Shown here: positions 58,201-64,000 of the stretch, one piece after another | Position numbering within the stretch: the stretch's first letter is position 1 | Layout of the letters: each line of letters starts with the position of its first letter | Assembly: GCA_964016885.1 (NCBI GenBank) | Contig: OZ024740.1 | Location: 137,640,001-137,704,000, forward strand | DNA length: 64,000 nucleotides | Direction: 5' to 3' | Source: Eledone cirrhosa | Lineage: Eukaryota | Program-made: the position numbers and the translations under genes | The notes under the pieces: generated by a model | What the model was told of the DNA's origin: nothing | What the model saw: the letters and a program-made list of their open reading frames with translations, nothing else | The model's database searches: none

Positions 58201-61200
58201 CTTATCACCTTTCCCCCAATCTCCAATTCTCTCTTTCTCTTATCACTTTTCTCTCAATCTCCAATTCTCTCTTTCTCTTATGACTTTACCCCCAATCTCC
58301 AATTCTCTCTTTCTGTTATCAATTTTCTCTCAATCTCCAATTCTTTCTTTCTCTTATCACTTTTCTCTCAATCTCCAATTCTCTCTTTCTCTTATCACTT
58401 TTCCCCCATCTCCAATTCTCTCTTTCTTTTATCACTTTTCTCTCAATCTCCAATTCTCTCTTTCTCTTAGCACTTTTCTCTCAATCTCCAATTCTCTCTT
58501 TCTCTTATCACTTTTCTCTCAATCTCCAATTCTCTCTTTCTCTTATCACTTTTCTCTCAATCCCCAATTCTCTCTTTCTCTTCTCACTTTTCCCCCAATC
58601 TCCAATTCTCTCTTTCTCTTATCACTTTTCCCCCAATCTCCAATTCTCTCTTTCTCTTATCACTTTTCTCTCAATCTCCAATTCTCCTTTTCACTTATCA
58701 CGTTTTCTCAATCTCCAATTCTCTCTTTCTCTTATCACTTTTCTCTCAACCCCCAATTCTCTCTTTCTCTTATCACTTTTCTCTCAATCTCCAATTCTCT
58801 CTTTCTCTCATGACTTTTCCCCCAATCTCCAATTCTCTCTTTCTGTTATCAATTTTCTCTCAATCTCCAATTCTTTCTTTCTCTTATCACTTTTCTCTCA
58901 ATCTCCAATTCTCTCTTTCTCTTATCACTTTTCCCCCATCTCCAATTCTCTCTTTCTCTTATCACTTTTCTCTCAATCTCCAATTCCCTCTTTCTCTTAT
59001 CACTTTTCTCTCAATCTCTAATTCTCTCTTTCTCTTATCACTTTTCCCCCCAATCTCCAATTCTTTCTTTCTCTTATCACTTTTCTCTCAATCTCCAATT
59101 CTCTCTTTCTCTTATGACTTTTCCCCCAATCTCCAATTCTCTCTTTCTGTTATCAATTTTCTCTCAATCTCTAATTCTCTCTTTCTCTTATCACTTTTCT
59201 CTCAATCTCCAATTCTCTCTTTCTCTTATCAATTTTCCCCCCAATCTCCAATTCTCTCTTTCTCTTATCACTTTTCTCTCACTCTCCAATTCTCTCTTTC
59301 TCTTATGACTTTTCCCCCAATCTCCAATTCTCTCTTTCTCTTATTCCTTTTCTCTCAATCTCCAATTCTCTCTTTCTCTTATGACTTTTCCCCCAATCTC
59401 CAATTATCTCTTTCTCTTATCACTTTAACTCACTCTCCAATTCTCTCTTTCTCTTATCACTTTTCCCCCAATCTCCAATTCTCTCTTTCTCTTATCAATT
59501 TTCTCTCAATCTCCAATTCTTTCTATATCTAATCACTTTTCCCCCAATCTCCAATTCTCTCTTTCTCTTATCACTTTTCTCTCAATCTCCAATACTCCTT
59601 TTCACTTATCACTTTTTTCTCAATCTCCAATTCTCTCTTTCTCTTATCACTTTTCTCTCAATCTCCAATTCTCTCTTTCTCTTATCACTTTTCCCCCAAT
59701 CTCCAATTCTCTCTTTCTCTTATCACCTTTCCCCCAATCTCCAATTCTCTCTTTCTCTTATCACATTTCTCTCAATCTCCAATTCCCTCTTTCTCTTATC
59801 ACTTTTCTCTCAATCTCTAATTCTCTCTTTCTCTTATCGCTTTTCTCTCAATCTCCAATTCTCTCTTTCACTTGTCACTTTTCCCCCCAATCTCCAATTC
59901 TCTCTTTCTCTTATCACTTTTCTCTCAATCTCCAATTCTCTCTTTCTTTTCTCACTTTTCCCCCAATCTCCAATTCTGTATTTCTCTACACACAAATCCC
60001 CAAATCTTCAATTCTCTCTTTCACTTATCAATTTTCTCTCAATCTCCAATTCTCTCTTTCTCTTATCACTTTTCTCTCAATCTCCAATTCTCTCAATCTC
60101 TTATCACTTTTCTCTCAATCTCCAATCCTCTCTTTCTGTTCTCAGTTTACTCCCAATCTCCAATTCTCTCTTTCTCTTATCACTTTTCTCTCGATCTCCA
60201 ATTCTCTCTTTCTCTTATCACTTTTCCCCCAATCTCCAATTCTCTCTTTCTATTATCACTTTTCTCTCAATCTCCAATTCTCTCTTTCTCTTGTCACCTT
60301 TCCCCCAATCTCCAATTCTCTCTTTCTCTTATCACTTTTCTCTCAATCTCCAATTCTCTCTTTCTCTTATGACTTTTCCCCCAATCTCCAATTCTCGCTT
60401 TCTGTTATCAATTTTCTCTCAATCTCCAATTCTCTCTTTCTCTTATCACTTTTCTCTCAATCTCCAATTCTCTCTTTCTCTTCTCACATTTCCCCCAATC
60501 TCCAATTCTCTCTTTCTCTCATCACTTTTCTCTCAATCTCCAATTCTCTCTTTCTCTCCTCACTTTTCTCTGAATCTCCAATTCTCTCTTTATCTTCTCA
60601 CTTTTCTCTCAATCTCCAATCCTCTCTTTCTGTTCTCAGTTTACTCCCAATCTCCAATCCTCTCTTTCTCTCCTCACTTTTCTCTGAATCTCCAATTCTC
60701 TCTTTATCTTCTCACTTTTCTCTCAATCTCCAATTCTCTCTTTCTCTTATCACTTATCCCCCAATCTCCAATTCTCTCTTTCTCTTATAATTTTTCTCTC
60801 AATCTCCAATTCTCTCTTTCTCTTATCACTTTTCTCTCACTCTCCAATTCTCTCTTTCTCTTATCACTTTTCCCCCAATCTCCAATTCTCTCTTTCTCTT
60901 ATCAATTTTCTCTCAATCTCCAATTCTTTCTTTCTCTAATCACTTTTCCCCCAATCTCCAATTCTTCCTTTCTCTTATCACTTTTCTCTCAATCTCCAAT
61001 TCTCTCTTTCTCTTATCACTTTCCCCCAATCTCCAATTCTCTCTTTATCTTATCACTTTTCTCTCAATCTCCAATTCTCTCTTTCTCTTCTCACATTTCC
61101 CCCAATCTCCAATTCTTTCTTTCTCTCATCACTTTTCTCTCAATCTCCAATTCTCTCTTTCTCTCCTAACTTTTCTCTCAATCTCCAATTCTCTCTTAAT

Positions 61201-61560
61201 CTTCTCACTTTTCTCTCAATCTCCAATCCTCTCTTTCTATTCTCAGTTTACTCCCAATCTACAATTCTCTCTTTCCCTCATCACTTTTCTCTCAATCTCC
61301 AATTCTCTCTTTCTCTTATCACTTTTCCCCCAATCTCCAATTCTCTCTTTCTATTATCACTTTTCTCTCAATCTCCAATTCTCTCTTTCTCTTATCCCCT
61401 TTCCCCCAATCTCCAATTCTCTCTTTCTCTTATCACTTTTCTCTCAATCTCCAATTCTCTCTTTCTCTTATGACTTATCCCCCAATCTCCAATTCTCTCT
61501 TTCTGTTATCAATTTTCTCTCAATCTCCAATTCTTTCTTTCTCTTATCACTTTTCTCTCA
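52300..61560 (+). repeat. Higher-order repeats with 2,356-bp and ~3,989-bp offsets
   Basis: ORFs 52465/54821 (2,356 = 62x38); 53949/57938, 54821/58810 and 55125/59114 (3,989). Private variants cttagcac, atgactttacccc and caacccccaatt are shared. Confidence 0.88.
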
Positions 61561-64000
61561 ATCTCCAATTCTCTCTTTCTCTTATCACTTTTCCCCCATC
61601 TCCAATTCTCCCTTTCTTTTATCACTTTTCTCTCAATCTCCAATTCTCTCTTTCTCTTATCACTTTTCTCTCAAACACCAATTCTTTCTTTCTCTTATCA
61701 CTTTTCTCTCAATCTCCAATTCTCTCTTTCTCTTATCACTTTTCTCTCAATCTCCAATACTCCTTTTCACTTATCACTTTTTTCTCAATCTCCAATTCTC
61801 TCTTTCTCTTATCACTTTTCTCTCAATCTCCAATTCTCTCTTTCTCTTATCACTTTTCCCCCAATCTCCAATTCTCTCTTTCTCTTATCACCTTTCCCCC
61901 AATCTCCAATTCTCTCTTTCTCTTATCACATTTCTCTCAATCTCCAATTCCCTCTTTCTCTTATCACTTTTCCCCCAATCTCCAATTCTCTCTTTCTATT
62001 ATCACTTTTCTCTCAATCTCCAATTCTCTCTTTCTCTTGTCACCTTTCCCCCAATCTCCAATTCTCTCTTTCTCTTATCACTTTTCTCTCAATCTCCAAT
62101 TCTCTCTTTCTCTTATGACTTTTCCCCCAATCTCCAATTCTCGCTTTCTGTTATCAATTTTCTCTCAATCTCCAATTCTCTCTTTCTCTTATCACTTTTC
62201 TCTCAATCTCCAATTCTCTCTTTCTCTTCTCACATTTCCCCCAATCTCCAATTCTCTCTTTCTCTCATCACTTTCTCTCAATCTCCAATTCTCTCTTTCT
62301 CTCCTCACTTTTCTCTGAATCTCCAATTCTCTCTTTATCTTCTCACTTTTCTCTCAATCTCCAATCCTCTCTTTCTGTTCTCAGTTTACTCCCAATCTCC
62401 AATCCTCTCTTTCTCTCCTCACTTTTCTCTGAATCTCCAATTCTCTCTTTATCTTCTCACTTTTCTCTCAATCTCCAATTCTCTCTTTCTCTTATCACTT
62501 ATCCCCCAATCTCCAATTCTCTCTTTCTCTTATAATTTTTCTCTCAATCTCCAATTCTCTCTTTCTCTTATCACTTTTCTCTCACTCTCCAATTCTCTCT
62601 TTCTCTTATCACTTTTCCCCCAATCTCCAATTCTCTCTTTCTCTTATCAATTTTCTCTCAATCTCCAATTCTTTCTTTCTCTAATCACTTTTCCCCCAAT
62701 CTCCAATTCTTCCTTTCTCTTATCACTTTTCTCTCAATCTCCAATTCTCTCTTTCTCTTATCACTTTCCCCCAATCTCCAATTCTCTCTTTATCTTATCA
62801 CTTTTCTCTCAATCTCCAATTCTCTCTTTCTCTTCTCACATTTCCCCCAATCTCCAATTCTCTCTTTCTCTTATCACTTTTCTCTCAATCTCCAATTCTC
62901 TCTTTCTCTTATGACTTTTCCCCCAATCTCCAATTCTCTCTTTCTGTTATCAATTTTCTCTCAATCTCCAATTCTTTCTTTCTCTTATCACTTTTCTCTC
63001 AATCTCCAATTCTCTCTTTCTCTTATCACTTTTCCCCCATCTCCAATTCTCCCTTTCTTTTATCACTTTTCTCTCAATCTCCAATTCTCTCTTTCTCTTA
63101 TCACTTTTCTCTCAAACACCAATTCTTTCTTTCTCTTATCACTTTTCTCTCAATCTCCAATTCTCTCTTTCTCTTATCACTTTTCTCTCAATCTCCAATA
63201 CTCCTTTTCACTTATCACTTTTTTCTCAATCTCCAATTCTCTCTTTCTCTTATCACTTTTCTCTCAATCTCCAATTCTCTCTTTCTCTTATCACTTTTCC
63301 CCCAATCTCCAATTCTCTCTTTCTCTTATCACCTTTCCCCCAATCTCCAATTCTCTCTTTCTCTTATCACATTTCTCTCAATCTCCAATTCCCTCTTTCT
63401 CTTATCACTTTTCCCCCAATCTCCAATTCTCTCTTTCTATTATCACTTTTCTCTCAATCTCCAATTCTCTCTTTCTCTTGTCACCTTTCCCCCAATCTCC
63501 AATTCTCTCTTTCTCTTATCACTTTTCTCTCAATCTCCAATTCTCTCTTTCTCTTATGACTTTTCCCCCAATCTCCAATTCTCGCTTTCTGTTATCAATT
63601 TTCTCTCAATCTCCAATTCTCTCTTTCTCTTATCACTTTTCTCTCAATCTCCAATTCTCTCTTTCTCTTCTCACATTTCCCCCAATCTCCAATTCTCTCT
63701 TTCTCTCATCACTTTTCTCTCAATCTCCAATTCTCTCTTTCTCTCCTCACTTTTCTCTGAATCTCCAATTCTCTCTTTATCTTCTCACTTTTCTCTCAAT
63801 CTCCAATCCTCTCTTTCTGTTCTCAGTTTACTCCCAATCTCCAATTCTCTCTTTCTCTCCTCACTTTTCTCTGAATCTCCAATTCTCTCTTTATCTTCTC
63901 ACTTTTCTCTCAATCTCCAATTCTCTCTTTCTCTTATCACTTTTCCCCCAATCTCCAATTCTCTCTTTCTCTTATCACTTTTCTCTCAATCTCCAATTCT
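60300..64000 (+). repeat. Higher-order repeats with 1,441-bp and 1,746-bp offsets
   Basis: The marker tcaaacacc occurs at 61671 and 63112 (1,441). The ATG variant followed by ctcgctttctg occurs at 60369, 62115 and 63556 (offsets 1,746 and 1,441). Confidence 0.83.

Larger units (their letters stand above)
1..64000 (+). repeat. Tandem satellite DNA array, 38-bp pyrimidine-rich monomer, head-to-tail, extending beyond both window edges
   Basis: The unit aatctccaattctctctttctcttatcacttttctctc (or ...ttttccccc) recurs every ~38 bp from start to end. ORF translations cycle through all three frames with a 38-aa (114-bp, three-monomer) period. No unique sequence or reverse-orientation monomer was seen. 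Confidence 0.99.

Noticed and set aside
127-62318. Many long plus-strand ORFs (up to 626 aa) rich in S/L/F/P/I, superficially like membrane or repeat proteins
   Set aside because: The plus-strand consensus has no TAA, TAG or TGA, so all three frames stay open. Starts and stops come from sporadic variants such as ttATGAc. The 38-bp unit is not a multiple of 3, ORFs overlap in different frames with the same peptide, and frameshifting indels are common.
1-64000. CRISPR array (repeat length in the CRISPR range)
   Set aside because: Repeats are directly adjacent with no unique spacers, no leader and no cas genes.
1-64000. Telomerase-type telomeric repeat
   Set aside because: The 38-bp unit with kilobase-scale inherited variant patterns indicates recombinational amplification rather than templated addition, and no canonical telomere motif is present. 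A subtelomeric location or recombination-maintained telomere cannot be excluded.
1-64000. Embedded transposon, RNA gene, inversion or unique island
   Set aside because: No G-rich or purine-rich stretch or non-monomer sequence was seen on the plus strand. An inversion or insertion would be conspicuous against this background.
1-64000. G-quadruplex array on the minus strand
   Set aside because: G5 runs occur at most once per 38 bp and only in one monomer type, which is too widely spaced for canonical intramolecular G4.
1-64000. Variant monomers as an information-storing or antigenic-variation cassette system
   Set aside because: The patterns are adequately explained by point mutation plus nested duplication. 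No expression site, recombinase or reverse transcriptase is present in the window.

Overview
The whole 64 kb window is one uninterrupted, single-orientation satellite array, most likely eukaryotic heterochromatin. The taxon and chromosomal location cannot be determined from the sequence. The monomer is 38 bp, consensus AATCTCCAATTCTCTCTTTCTCTTATCACTTTTC(T/C)C(T/C)C (reverse complement GAGAGAAAAGTGATAAGAGAAAGAGAGAATTGGAGATT), giving roughly 1,680 copies by length. I find no credible genes, RNA genes, transposons or CRISPR array; the listed ORFs are read-through artefacts of a G-free, stop-poor strand. The informative structure is in the variant monomers: two dominant monomer types, a recurring ordered 5-monomer cassette, nested higher-order duplications from 114 bp to about 6.18 kb, alternating variant domains (A-B-A'-B'), and a ~2.6 kb indel-rich patch that looks like assembly error. 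I did not find a novel gene system. Offsets and boundaries were read by eye from marker variants and the ORF track, so boundaries are approximate.
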